DNA of 63,876 nucleotides, filler included, from Phoronis australis (lineage: Eukaryota > Animalia > Phoronida), in the NCBI GenBank assembly GCA_002633005.1. It is 9 parts of 9 records of this genome, joined end to end, with 100 filler letters (N's around TTAATTAATTAA, not from the genome) between each part and the next. Parts side by side here need not be neighbours in the genome. Positions count along the whole stretch, not along the records: positions 20,167 to 38,803 come from NMRA01001197.1; positions 38,904 to 42,350 come from NMRA01000688.1; positions 42,451 to 48,831 come from NMRA01001536.1; 6 more parts are not named here. One strand, 5' to 3'. A model generated the notes under the pieces. The model ran no database searches, was not told where the DNA came from, and saw nothing but the letters and a program-made list of their open reading frames with translations. A program made the translations under genes and the position numbers. This document shows positions 35,939 through 48,556 of this stretch, piece after piece; positions within the stretch are counted from its first letter, which is position 1, and each line of letters begins with the position of its first letter.

Positions 35939-37999
35939 ATGTTGGAAATGTTGCCGTTGGTGATTGTATAAAGTTTAACTGCATTCAGGAAAGCTGACTG
36001 TCCCAAATTTGTTACTCAAAATTATAATACCATTTGAACCAAACTAAGTGCATCGATGCGGAGTAGACACAAAGCTGTAGAGGTAATGAACAGCCTCTTT
36101 GTTTTAGTTTCATACTAATGTAAATTGTCTAATCAAGATTGCAACATGTATAGTATGGGGCCAAGATGCACTTGAGCATGCAAGGTACTCTGGAGGAAAT
36201 TTTATTGTTAATAATTGCTATTTTTCTCCCATTCAACATTGTTTGGATTGTCAGCTTTCCTTATTGTTTTTTATTTGCAGTCTGTTCAGTTTAACTTATT
36301 TTTGTTGTATAATATGATTTAAGTGTATTTTGTTATTGGCCTCATTGGTACACAAGAATGCACGTGTAAGTACTTGCTTAAATTGTATTACGTTAACTAA
36401 CAACTGCTTGGTTACATTACTTAATTTTTTCCCATTCAGTATACCATTGGTTATAAACGAACAAAAGTATAGACATCTTTGCACAATCATGACAGTGCAA
36501 CTATTTAATAATTCTTTTATGTTTTGTTTTGTGACTGTCGCAATTTCTGTTGTACTGCTCTTTTTCATTTTATATATTTATCAAAGATACAAGAGTTAAC
36601 AAAGGTCTTTATTTCAGAAACTTTTACATTGATTCTTTAAGTAAAAAATTCATAATTTGAGCCTAAAGTTTCAGTTCTTTTAAATGTCAAAATTTTGAAT
36701 GCAGCAGGTTGATTTATTTAATCACAGAGGAAAGTTACAGTGGAAATTGGTGTTGAGAGTGCTCACAAGGATTCTAACAGCGTTGAAGTTATAGGAATGT
36801 TTAGATGATCAAGTATTAAATGACTCTAACGTGATGGCCATGATTGGTGGAATATTCACAACCAAACTGATCACAAAGATGTAGTAATGTGTGAAAAAGG
36901 GTGTACAATGCACGACCTTATTAGTAGATTACATATTGGAGATAGTCTAACTACAACTACAATTTAATAGACATTGCACTACAAGGGTTTACATGCTTAT
37001 TTGTAGCCTTTGAGTTGTTAATTTTGTAATCTTGTCGTCATTGAAAATATTCACGTGGTAAGACAATTGTGCTTCATATTTGTTAACTTGAGTAACTAAT
37101 GACAGAAATAATACATTTCTGAGCCCTTATAGACTGAAGTCCACTTACCAAAATATTCCAACTGTTTTCATGACCAAAATATAATTTTTTTCTTTGTAAA
37201 TGTAAAATAGTCATTGCACCCGAATTGCAAGCTTTAGAGCGAATTGAACGGGGAAGACATTTTCCACTGCAACTATTTAAATATTTCGTAATCTTTTACA
37301 AATTAATTATAGAAAAATGAGTTAAAGCCTTTAATAAAGTGAGGAATTGCATATTTAAATGTTGGTTACGTCTCATTTGACGGAGAAGCGATCGATTGAA
37401 AGGTAGCTGTAATTCAGTAAAAGTCGCCATGTTGTCGGTGCCGCCGGAAATGAGACTAAGACGAACGTGAATTTGGTGAACTTTGAACGCATACATATTG
37501 GAGTCGTTGTGAAATAGCCGACTTCCAAGTCGCCGAGTGCTGACCTTGGAAGCTGTATTATTGGTTAAAATAATTTCATCTTTAACTGTAGAACACTAAT
37601 GCTTAAAATCGAGAGCTGAAGTCGAAACTTTTCACAACTATCCAAGATGGCCGAACTCTATCCAAACAATTGACCCAAATTTCGCCACAAAAACGGCAAT
37701 AACATTGCACTGCTCTAACCAATTTTCAAAATTTTTCTATTTTTGTGGAGTGGAATACAATATCTTTCCAATGGTGGTAAGATCTTTTTTCAAAACAAAA
37801 AAAAAATTTTGGTTCGACCGCCCTAGTTGTAGCGACAGCAGACGATAATGTAGGCCTAGTTCTTGGGGTGGTCTAATCCAAGCAAAAGGTACCCGCTCAT
37901 CCAAAACCTTTACGGCAAACAGGTGGCTCTTCTCACCAATCACGTGTCATTTTTATCTATACGGTCTCTGGCTCAAATATAGTCGGTGGGCCAGATCTC

Positions 38000-38551
38000 A
38001 TAGCGTTCCTTGCTGGTTCCCTGTGTGCCGCTAGATGGGGCGGTAGCCGCGCCAGCACGCAGGTATCACTTTCTGATTGGCTAGTCGAATTCTCAACAGG
38101 CAGTGCTTTGCGCAAACAAACTGGCATGACTGATGGACTGAAGTGTAAACGTGGTCTGTAGTACAGACAAATCGGTGCTTAAAATTATGTTCAGGAAATG
38201 TGAGGCCTACTAGAAATTGTAATATCGATTGAGCCTTTTCGGAATACATCTTTCTACTGTCGATGACTTTTGTTTACGATAGTGTCCTTATACAGTATGA
38301 ATAACACGCCGGTTAAATCGGCCACATAATATGTGTTTATTGTGCATGTATGTGCTTCAAGCACGCGGCTATTAAACATCACTTCAGAAACGACAAGGCT
38401 AAAAATCGTTCACAGTCCGCCATTTTTTTCACGTTGTTGTAAAGCTAACCAATGACTGCCAAGATTACATCGCCCAATGCTAAAGCACGTGCCACTAGGT
38501 GATACCTGCGTGCTGGCTGGGCTAAGCACGCAGGGAACCAGCGCGATAGCG
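38000..38551. mobile_element. MITE with long imperfect TIRs
   Basis: GCTGGTTCCCTG...GCCAGCACGCAGGTATCAC versus GTGATACCTGCGTGCTGGC...CAGGGAACCAGC. Confidence 0.6.
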
Positions 38552-40019
38552 TTCATCCTTGTGAGTACTTTAGGGGGGCAACCTAGTTTTTTCTATGTGA
38601 CTAGATAATATACCTATAAATCAAATTCCAAAAAGTTCCCACGTCTACACTTGCACATTTTTTTAAAAAAAGGTGTTTTTGTTGCACAAAATATTATGCA
38701 CATTCCTGCCACTTGGTGGCGCTTTTCTATTGAATTGACCAATCAGAGAGCCAGATTGTATTGTTGTGCTTAGTTACTTCAATATGGCTGCTCCCATGGA
38801 GTGNNNNNNNNNNNNNNNNNNNNNNNNNNNNNNNNNNNNNNNNNNNNTTAATTAATTAANNNNNNNNNNNNNNNNNNNNNNNNNNNNNNNNNNNNNNNNN
38901 NNNTTTTTTTTTGGTAATATTTTTTCAATATCAGCTTCGGGCCACAGAAGCTTTGGGTCACCGTACGCAAACGACCAACATGACTGTTAATAAATTTGAA
39001 AGTAAACAGTATCCGTCTTTGTAGTTTTAGAATCGACGCATTATAAGAGAAATTAGCAAATTTCTTCAGCATCGTGGATAATTATAAGCTATGAGCATCG
39101 CTTAATTTGTGAATCGATTAGGACGGATTTATCAGAGTCTGGCTCAGGCTCGCTTGGGCGTTGGGGTGACAAAAGCCTATAATGTTATAGGAGTTGTCTC
39201 ATGGCATGCTGAGAATGAAAAGTTTGTGGTCATTTCACATTAAAAGCCCTACAGATGAGCACATAAACTTTATCCAGTCTTCTATTGTTGTACACTACTA
39301 CTCCTACTGAAAAGCAATGTAGGCTGAGAAAAAAGGGGCAAGAGGTACATAAACTAGACCTTACACCCCAAAACCACCTCTTCTGTGCCGATGCACGACA
39401 TGAGCCAACATAAGATTCTGAAAGAAAATTTCGTACAGATTCATAAAACTTGGTACCAAACATTTTTTGCAATTCTAGCTTTTTTGCAGTTCGTAGTTAA
39501 TTTCTCAGTCGCCACTCAGCTAATGCTGACATACAGCAGAGGGCCGACAGTATCTTGAAGAAAAGTCGAACTAATGGTTTTTATACGAAGACAAGGTATT
39601 TTGCTAGACATACATATGTGAAATATTGTAAATACGGACAATTTTTGTGAATAAGGTTTGATATAGCCTTAGCAGAAAGCGATTACCATGTGCAGATAAG
39701 CTTGGCATAACATTAAATTAGCTCATGGGTTTCTGATGCTGAGCGTGTTATGTACCATGGAGAATAATTAGTGCGCGCATCTTGTTCTATAAATTACCAG
39801 CATCGTGTGAGGAATTACCGACTTCAAGGAAACAACATGGAGGTGTTAATTATGAACGCAGCGTAGATGGATCAATTTTGCCCGCACAAGTATGTTTATC
39901 GAGTCATTGACTTTATTGACTGAGTTGGAGTTAATGGTGGGATTTTTACAACACAATTAATGATATTGAAATAGGGCCGTCCCGGATTGTACACGGCGCC
40001 ATAAGTCTCCTTTGTGTCG

Positions 40020-40176
40020 GAAATAAGAAAGCGCGTGGGCTCGTTTTAGAAATCAGGCACATTTTCATGTCTCTCATTGATGTCACATCACACATGCACA
40101 GGTATTTGTCCTGTTTATCAAACTTTCTCACATCGGAGTTGCAGCCCACAGCACAGCAGTAATACTTTGTTGGCAT
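40020..40176 (-). pseudogene. THAP N-terminal remnant
   Basis: MPTKYYCCAVGCNSD...FLFP; the rest of the domain is not recognisable. Confidence 0.45.
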
Positions 40177-40883
40177 TAGAGGACTAGAGAATGACATATA
40201 GATGGCGCTGGCTATTCGCATAGGACGAATAGATGACCGAGAAAAACTTGAATAACCCGTGAAGTCCAATGGCACGAAAACTTGGCAGCAAATGTGCCTG
40301 ACGGATGTTTACAGCATTGTGGGTAAATACACAAGGGCCCGACGCACCATAGCACAGGCGCTTGGGTTTATCGCAAATGACGTCACTCAATAATATATAT
40401 AAGAAAACATAAAGGTTGAACACTTAAACTTTGCCAAGCCGAGGCTCCCAACTTCAACCGTCCAAAATCCAAATAAAATCTGCGTGCACCTCCCTCAGTC
40501 TGGTGTTGCATAAACCTTCGAAGCCTTATCTTTCCTAGATCCCATTAAAGGCGAAGGCAACCTTTTTCCATGTCATTTTAAGCTAAAATAAGGTTGGTTG
40601 GTTATCCTAGACATATTTTCCACTTAATTACAGCCTTTCGTAATTTTATTAATTACTCGTCCGCTACTNGAAGTGACGTTTTAGGAGGCAAGCGTTTCCC
40701 GCCACTTGGTTTTGCGTTGACTTTACCGTGCGAATCTGTTCTATTCTACTTTTGTTTTGTGCTGTTTTTCAACAATTGTCGCCACCACTTTCCATCGGCG
40801 AGTATTCTGCTGCAAGATAGGTTAGTAGAGAACTCAACTACGTTGGATTTAGGGCGGATTGTTTAGTGTGTTGTAAGCTGAAA

Positions 40884-41595
40884 ATGGCTGGAGTCGGTTA
40901 CCCGTATCACAGTGACAGTACTGTGAGTGACGGAGACCTTGTTCACAGCAGTGGTGACGAGGAATTTTTTCACGGACATTCAGTGGGTGGGTACATGTTT
41001 GAGCCTGAGTATAACGAGACAGAGTACGCACAGGCACAGGCAGCTGTCGAGAGAAACGAGGCGGCTACCGAGAACAGGGGCCGGTCTCCAATCTTTTATT
41101 CGAAATGGAACTCGAAATTAGGTTTGGCATTTTCTACTCTACTTTTAGGCGAACTCAAGATAAGTGTCTATTATTCTATGCTCGAATACACAATAACTTA
41201 CGTAGATCATTTATTGCCCTTAGTTCACAGTTTGTAAACCCAATATTAAAGCAATAAGTTCGAGTTTGAACTCGAAATTTCGAGTTTTTACTCGAGTTTG
41301 TGGCACGAATATAAGGGTCTTCAAGGGCAAACTTGAACTAGAAACTCCTATGTATAAACTATAATGTATCCGAGCACAGTCTGATAACCAATTATCTTAA
41401 GTTCGCACAAAAAGAGCAGAGAAATTGCCAAAAATATTTTCGAGTTCGTTTCGAGTACAAAGATTAGAGACCGGGCCCAGACGTGGTGACACATCTTGGT
41501 GCAAATGCACTGTGTGCGTTGTTATGCCTACCTCAATGGAATGCTTTTGCTGTTCAGAGTTCGAAGAGGCCAAGCCACTACTGGACATGGTTAAG
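40884..41595 (+). pseudogene. Kolobok accessory gene (KolX / P2X7 C-terminal-like Cys-rich protein), interrupted and truncated
   Basis: GYMFEPEY...ENR|RGDTSWCKCTVCVVMPTSMECFCCSE; the frame is restored when the MITE at 41078-41477 and one TSD are removed. Confidence 0.75.
41078..41477. mobile_element. PIF/Harbinger-type MITE
   Basis: TIR GGGCCGGTCTCCAATC / GATTAGAGACCGGGCC; 3-bp TSD CAG (41075-41077, 41478-41480). Confidence 0.8.
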
Positions 41596-41760
41596 TGGAC
41601 CTCCGGCAAACCACGGACAGAGGAACAACTGTCCCACTTGCCAGACCTCAATGGAATGCTTGTGCTCTTCAGAGTTCGATGAGGCCAAGCCACTACTGGA
41701 CATGGTTAAGTGGACCTCCGGCATACCACGGACAGAGGAACAACTGTCCCACTTGCCAGA
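41531..41760. repeat. Tandem duplication of about 115 bp
   Basis: CCTCAATGGAATGCTT...CCCACTTGCCAGA occurs twice (41531-41645, 41646-41760). Confidence 0.9.
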
Positions 41761-42550
41761 GTGTCCCGCGACACACTCCCACTGGATGGTGACCTGAGCA
41801 TCCAAACTGCTTACACCGTGTCGTGTGACTCCCTCGCCACACACCTGGCACCTTCTAAATAGCTCCAACACTTTAGACAAGTCCACAATAAACTTATCAA
41901 AGTTTGGCTCACCGATTTGTTCACTGGACGACGAACTGTCCTCTTCACTGGGTGTCGAACTGAGCTTGTAATCACTCCCAATACTCAATATCGCTGCAGG
42001 GCTGCTTAGAGGCTCTGGGCTGGAGAAAACAGCACAGGGAGAATCACTACTGGTTCCAGGAATTGCACGATCTGGGGTACGTTCGGAGGCACGGGTGACA
42101 GTGGATGAAGTGCCTCCACTGGCTCCAGTCACTGTACTGGCCACAGCTCGCGAGGCTTCTCGCTTCAAAAACGCACTTCTCGGGGGTGGCGACGGAGCAC
42201 TGCCGGGAATCAACACAGACGGAATGGCATCCTTCTTCAGACGTTGTTTCGCAGGGACCTTCATCAGTTAAGTGTACAAATCCCTTTCGTAATCGGACGG
42301 CAGAAAGTGCTTGCCACACACACGGTAATTCTCCACTGCTTTGTACGTTGNNNNNNNNNNNNNNNNNNNNNNNNNNNNNNNNNNNNNNNNNNNNTTAATT
42401 AATTAANNNNNNNNNNNNNNNNNNNNNNNNNNNNNNNNNNNNNNNNNNNNGGCGAAGTGTGTCATCCATCGGAAAGCGATGCAAAGGTACTCCCAAAGCG
42501 CGCGTGAGCCGATAATTAGTACATCCTGGTACGCAGCAACAGTGTGGCAT
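41700..42550 (-). pseudogene. Kolobok transposase 5' part (THAP + zinc-binding region), truncated before the DDE core
   Basis: MPHCCCVPGCTN...LHRFP [gap] RVCGKHF...DYERDL*...LKKDAIPSV; then FIV...LF RRCQVC...ECVAGH...W. Confidence 0.75.
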
Positions 42551-42861
42551 GTTGACTGACTAGTAAATGAAAGCAAACGACGACGGAACTTAACACAACC
42601 GAGGTAGAACAATGACTGACTCGGCAGCTCTCACAGTCAGACTATATGAAAAGAAATTGGCGCGAAATGCTTGCCGCCTAAAACGTCACTTCCGGAGTAG
42701 CGGACGAGTAATTAATAAAATTACGAAAAGCTGTAATTAAGTGGAAAATATGTCTAGAATAGCCAACTAACCTTATTTTAGCTCAAAATGACATGGAAAA
42801 AGGTTGCCTTCGCCTTTAAGAGACAGATCCAGCTAACCAAATCTAAATTTTGACATTTTAG

Positions 42862-42992
42862 GAAAGTGGTTGAATTCCGTCATCCAGAGGAGATAAAGCA
42901 GCTTGTGGATTTGAAGCTTTTGGATAAAGGTCTGACAGACCAGCAACTGTACAGTATTTGCCAGCCTATAATTAAGTACAGTGTGAAAACTG
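42862..42992 (+). CDS. CSAD: CSAD/GADL1-like PLP-dependent decarboxylase, exon
   Basis: KVVEFRHPEEIKQLVDL...IIKYSVKT; ag/gt boundaries; CSAD versus GADL1/ADC orthology not resolvable here. Confidence 0.8.
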
Positions 42993-43778
42993 GTACGTTG
43001 ACCCCTACTGTGTGTGTGAGAGGACAATTTGTGATCTCACTTAGGATCATTGCATGTGTCATTATGAAAGATTTTGGCTTAGATTTGTCTCTTGAATCCA
43101 TCACTGAGACATCACAAGACTGAGCCCTTGGCAGTTGGGGGTGTAATGTTTCTAATCTGACTCAAAAATCAACTTGAAAATTGGCCAATTGCATGTCAAG
43201 CACTGGGTAAAGTTACGAATTTGTACTTGGATCCGACTAAATTTCGAGTCGCAGAGTTTGAGTCCGGTGTGAGTTCAGAGGTTGGATTGTGGACCCAGGT
43301 CTTGATAAATTTTTCTTTTCAATAGACTGCTGTGGTGACAATGTTTGCTTATTAAATACACATGAGACACAAACACAGATGGCAGAGAGTAAAACTTCCA
43401 GAAAACCAACACACATGAGCGCGTGCGCACGAATACATAACAGTTGTTCACGCACAGTTTAGAAACCTTTTGCTGTCACACCAGGAAGGTTACACAACAT
43501 GCAGTGGCTATTAAGGGTGGATGTCTTTAGCTTCACAAAACACCATTCTTTCCTGGTCCAGCTTGGCTGTATGCTCGGTCAATACCTAGTTAATTAGTCT
43601 GGTCTACACACCACCTGTTGGCCATATCTATATTTCCAATCGTCTTTCAATCATAACTGGTTTTCACACAGGCTCCAGTGGGTTTTGTAATGAAAATATC
43701 CCCATCTGTTATGTTCCAGCGAAGCTGTCATGAAATAAGATTGACAATGTGAATTTGGATGATAGCGTTTTATTTCAG

Positions 43779-43869
43779 GGCATCCCCATTTCTTTAACCA
43801 ACTGTGGCAGGGCATTGATCGCTACGCACTGGCCGGGCTATGGTTGACGGACACCCTCAATACCAGCCA
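43779..43869 (+). CDS. CSAD: CSAD/GADL1-like decarboxylase, exon
   Basis: GHPHFFNQLWQGIDRYALAGLWLTDTLNTSQ; phases consistent with neighbouring exons. Confidence 0.85.
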
Positions 43870-45939
43870 GTTAGTTATCTTAATATTAAGTTGTTGCTAG
43901 ACTCATGATGTGGTTTTCTATTCTTAAGTTTCTTCTCAGTTTTTATTTTTTATTTAAAATTTATTTCCAAATGTTTGACAGGCTGCGTTGGACTATTGGC
44001 ATATAGCAGTCTGTCAGTCTCTGTGTCAATGTCATTATTGATAAATTATTTAAAACGACAATGTTATGTTAATTTTGGTTTTAATTCCTTCCTGGCACAG
44101 ATTTTTAGTTGTTCTATATGTAATGGCAGGCTAGTCCAATGATATGTGAAAACCTTTTCACGCCATATTGTGTCACTGCGAGTAAACAGTAAATGAAGAA
44201 GTCCTGTTATCTAGTTTTGAATGTTCATGTGTGCCAGCGGTGGAAATATGTATCTACTGCGGGGGGTACATAAAAATCTTCAAAAATATTTGCCGGAAAA
44301 ATTGTCACATTTCTATTTTTAAGGGCTTACCACATTATTGCAAATGCTCAAAACTTTACCAAAAGTAACGTTGTTTGTTAGTAACTATGCCATACAAGCC
44401 ATGCTAAATGCAAATTTAGTTATCCTGAAAGTTATTTTTATTGAGAAATTTGACGATATGAATTGTCTCTTTTCCGCCTCATTGTTTCACAAACTGATTT
44501 TTACCATAAATTATGTTAATGGAATGGAATACTAGTGTGTTCAGAGTTATTTGAATTAATTTATGACCTGCATGTTGTTATTAAGTGTTCGGTAAAATTA
44601 ATTTTTACACCACTGTGATACAATTCAAGGAAGATTTTAATTTGGAGTTCAGAGAAGGGATGTGGGCCCTATTGTCTACTGGTGTACAGAATACAATATC
44701 AGACAATTATGAAAAGCGGAAAATTAACTTGTGGTTTGTCGCGTTTCATCAGTGTATTGAATTATTGTTAAAGAGGCATGGAACACAAAAGCTTGTCAAA
44801 ATATCTTTTAAACAATTCCTGACGAAAGTACCATCCTTCAATGTCTAGTACAGAGTTATTCACTTTCCCCTGTGAGGAAATTTCTAGAAAAAATTCTCGA
44901 TTTTTAAAATCTGCGCAAAGGGTTACTGTGGTTACGAGAGCATTTCTAATTTCCCTCCCATTTATGGTGAATGCGCACATGCACTCAGTCAGTTGCTTGA
45001 AGTCGCTTGAGGTCAAACGTCACATATTCCATACAAGGGAAATAAGCTCCGTCTGTGTCTTGCCATACTATAAAGGAGATTTTGTGCTTTGCCTTGTGGG
45101 AGAAAAATTGAGGAAGTGACGAGCATTTGGCAGATCGTTTTTTTTTTGAAATTTGAAACTAAAAGAAAAATGTTTTGATATGAACAGGAATTAAAAATCT
45201 TTACAAACAAACCGTAAAGATACCTGGTGAGCAGGTTGAATTCTATTTCAGTAGCAGAGGACCACTTTCAATATTGCAATTTAGTCTGTTTATCGTATTC
45301 CAGACTTCTTTAAGAGATTGCGTTGCATGTTTATGGGTTATGACTGACATTTTTCCTCTGTTTTGTAATGCAAATGACTACAAACTACTACAACTCCAAC
45401 CTTATTGCTGTTGTTCACATTTATCTTTACAGCTGTGCTATTAAGTGGCATACGCGTAAACAAATATTTGAATTTTGAATGCATTGGGTGACCTGATGTA
45501 GTCACCGAGCATGGTGTTGAACAAATTTTCGTGTAATGTTTGAGAATTAACGGAAAACTGTTCAGTGAAGTGATTGATTAGAATCAGTCAACTGAATGCA
45601 GGCATTTATACTGTACACATTCAAGCATTTGAATTGTAATCATTCACAAAACTGCTACTGTCTAATTCTCCATTAGTATGTAGGGTGATTTGGTATAAGA
45701 GGGAAGTTTTCTGAGTGTGACATTTCAAACAGTTGCAATGCATGTTGAACTGTTGATCTACTGCCATGGACTGTGACCTCTGACCTCCTTATTTAAGTTT
45801 TTGTCATCTTGTACAGGATTGTATTAATTGGTCTTGCAGTAGGCTCATTGAGGGGTGTTTCTGTATGTTTATTTTATATGAATGTCTTCCATCAGTGAAC
45901 TGGGATGTCTTCACTTATGCTGCTATGCATTAATTACAG

Positions 45940-46046
45940 ATATACCTTTGAGGTGGCGCCGGTGTTCACAGTAATGGAGGATGTCGTATTCACTCAACTA
46001 CGTTACTTGGTGGGGTGGACGTCCGGCGATGGAATATTCTGTCCTG
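45940..46046 (+). CDS. CSAD: CSAD/GADL1-like decarboxylase, exon
   Basis: YTFEVAPVFTVMEDVVFTQLRYLVGWTSGDGIFCPG. Confidence 0.85.
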
Positions 46047-46399
46047 GTTAGTTACAGCTGCATCAGTGATGGTGAAGTTTTTATTGGAAGGGGAAGTCAG
46101 AATTTTTTCGGACTTGAAGTCATACCTTCCTTGTCATGTTGTTTTCATATGTAGCGATGACTTAATGTCTTTACTAGCATTCTATAAGTACAGTTGTTTT
46201 CAAAAGAAACTAGACAACGTTGAGGTTTTGGTGCACAAAAGTGCAGCATGCATTTATTTTGTGCTAGCATCCATTTCAGTTCTGGCTAAATGTCGACAAA
46301 CTCTTGACTGGTTTACTTCGTCCACATTGTCGAAATCGCGACATCTTTGCTAACAAAAAGTTCATTTATTTACATCATAGATCATAGACAACAGATCTG

Positions 46400-47735
46400 C
46401 AATTCCGACATTTTCTTGTGGGGTATCCTAGAGGAGGCGCCACTCTCCTAAATTACCAATTTCAGTTTCTGGTTAGTGTATTGTGACGGGAAATTCTCGC
46501 ATCTAGAGACCATCCACGATATGTCAACAAAGGACAACAGTTACAATGCACATTTTTCTTTTCTTCTGGACAGCAGTAGTAAACCAAGAAGTTCAAATTT
46601 CGGTTTTAGCTTTTTATACACGACAGTGATGTTTATATTTGGGTGCATTATCCATTGTCCATTGTCTGGCATCCGTCACTCTATCTTCCGGTATGTCACA
46701 GACATAAATATTAATAAGCTCCAAAACCCTTGGAATTGCATGGTCACAAATTTTGCAGATTTACAATTTGGTTCCTTTCATAGATGGGACGACATGAGCA
46801 TATTTTTCACTGATCTGAACACTGATGTGCCCTCTGGTGGCAATTTTGATTTGTTTACGTTAATTGCCTGCATGCATTCGGAGTTCCTTAATGAATTTTC
46901 ATAAAATTTGGCAAATAACTAAATAATATCTATTGGTCCGATGATACCACCTTTCTGTTTTTGGATGGATTAGACACATTTTTCACCACTTAGTGACCAT
47001 TTTTACTGTTTTCGAGGCTGTGTATTGGCATCCGTCCCTTTTTCAGCCAAACCACTCTAAGGATGATTACAAAACTTGGCATTCATGCTCCTACTCAGAA
47101 GATGTCACAGCTGACGACGTTTTTTAGAGGCAACCAACTACTTTGGCACCTCCTAGTATCAGTTTTGTTTTTTGCACCCATGGCTATATCTCATAAACCC
47201 TCTACATGATCTTTATTAAATTTGACAAGGGTTAGTGTATTTATAAGAAGGTGACAACGATGGATAACTTTCGGAATGTTCCGAGTACTGCTGTGCCTCT
47301 TGTGGCAAATTTAATGCTATCCTTTTTCCTCTGCATCTTTGGAGTTCCTGAACGGATTTTTTTGAAATTTGTTATCATGTAAAATGGGTTTCTGTTAAAA
47401 AGGCAATGACATCTTTCCATTTTCAAATGAATCTGTTGTAGTACACTCCAGCTAGTGTCTATTTTATTATTTTTGAGTGTTATCTCGCCCAAAGCACTCA
47501 AAGAATCATTGGTATATGTGTTCCTACTGGGAAGTGCATGGCTGATGAATATTTTGACAAGTTTGACCACTACAGTGACCCCCCCCCCATTGGCTTTTCT
47601 GTTTGTTTTCATATTCACAGCTGTTTCTCCTGAATCCTTGCACGATCTTTGGGAAACTTGGCAAGTGTATTTCTATGAAAATGACCATCGTGGTGACAAT
47701 GGTGGGTGCATATCAACGCTCTGCGTTGCTCTTGT
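46400..47735 (+). mobile_element. Helentron-associated element (3' part) in a decarboxylase intron
   Basis: About 145-bp subrepeats; 3' subTIR GGTGGGTGCATA plus hairpin CAACGC-TCT-GCGTTG followed by CTCTTGT. Confidence 0.6.
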
Positions 47736-48170
47736 ATATTCTGCAGAGTCCAAAATGGGCGAGAAAGCATGTTGCCACAAAACGGGCATTGTTTATCAGT
47801 GTGACACCCATCGCTGTTCCTGAATCCCCAAACGCCAGCCATACAAGTCCAGGCCTTGAGGTAAGTGCCTGTTATAATCCCTGGGGATATGGAGCATGAG
47901 TGGCAGGTTGGGAAATGAGATGTAGCGCCTAGTGCAAATCCAAGATTGGTAGTCAGAGTTCTGTCGCAGTCCGAGGTCTGTCTAGTTTATTTTGAAAACT
48001 ACAGTTGCTGTACTTCATCAGTTGGCTTAGAATGTGAAAACGAAAGTAAGAATTTTTAGTCTTCTCACACACCATATGTGAGACGCATCATGTGACCTTG
48101 TTAGCATAGGAGTTGTCTCATGATCAAACTGGCCATGATTGTCATCAGCCTCTCAGACTGTGTTTTGCAG

Positions 48171-48286
48171 GTGGTTCCATTTGTAACATGTATGGCTTCA
48201 GCCTGGCAAGGTTTCGCAAGTATCCAGAGGTCAAGTCAGTAGGCATGACTGGCATTCCACGGATATGTGCCTTCACATCAGAGCAT
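48171..48286 (+). CDS. CSAD: CSAD/GADL1-like decarboxylase, exon
   Basis: GSICNMYGFSLARFRKYPEVKSVGMTGIPRICAFTSEH followed by gtaagt; later exons not seen. Confidence 0.85.
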
Positions 48287-48556
48287 GTAAGTCATAGTGC
48301 TAATACTGCATTCACATGGGGCAAATAATGGATCAGACGTGTGAATCAGATGGCAGGTCAACTGTCAACGCCTTTGATAAATTAGCATTCTACAGTGACT
48401 ATAAACCTGTGTTCCATCAAAGAAGCAAGCTTATGACTTGGACCGCTCATGGTTATCAAATTGGTATCACCTCTGGTGGTTTCTGGTCTTGCAAAGTACT
48501 GACATGTTGTTATTTCACGAGACCATGCTCTGCTGACAAGTGACAACTTAAGCCTG

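Larger units (their letters stand above)
26443..37825 (+). mobile_element. Full-length hAT-superfamily DNA transposon, hATw-like (11,383 bp)
   Basis: Perfect 13-bp TIR TAGGGCGGTCGAA (26443-26455) / TTCGACCGCCCTA (37813-37825); perfect 7-bp TSD GTTGTAG (26436-26442, 37826-37832); encloses an intact transposase ORF; no assembly gap inside. Confidence 0.85.
40549..42815. mobile_element. Internally deleted Kolobok transposon
   Basis: TTAA|AGGCGAAGGCAACC...GGTTGCCTTCGCCT|TTAA; TIRs of about 155 bp; convergent THAP-transposase and partner-gene remnants; spans the gap at 42351-42450. Confidence 0.85.

Noticed and set aside
36949-36962. Internal AACTACAACTACAA is the reverse complement of the target-site tract TTGTAGTTGTAG (guide-like match)
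   Set aside because: Low-complexity hexamer repeat; similar tracts occur elsewhere (about 45378); hAT transposases have no known guide mechanism
38735-38803. CCAAT box plus ATGGCTGCTCCCATG as a first exon of the decarboxylase
   Set aside because: Truncated by a gap with no protein evidence; such motifs are common in MITEs
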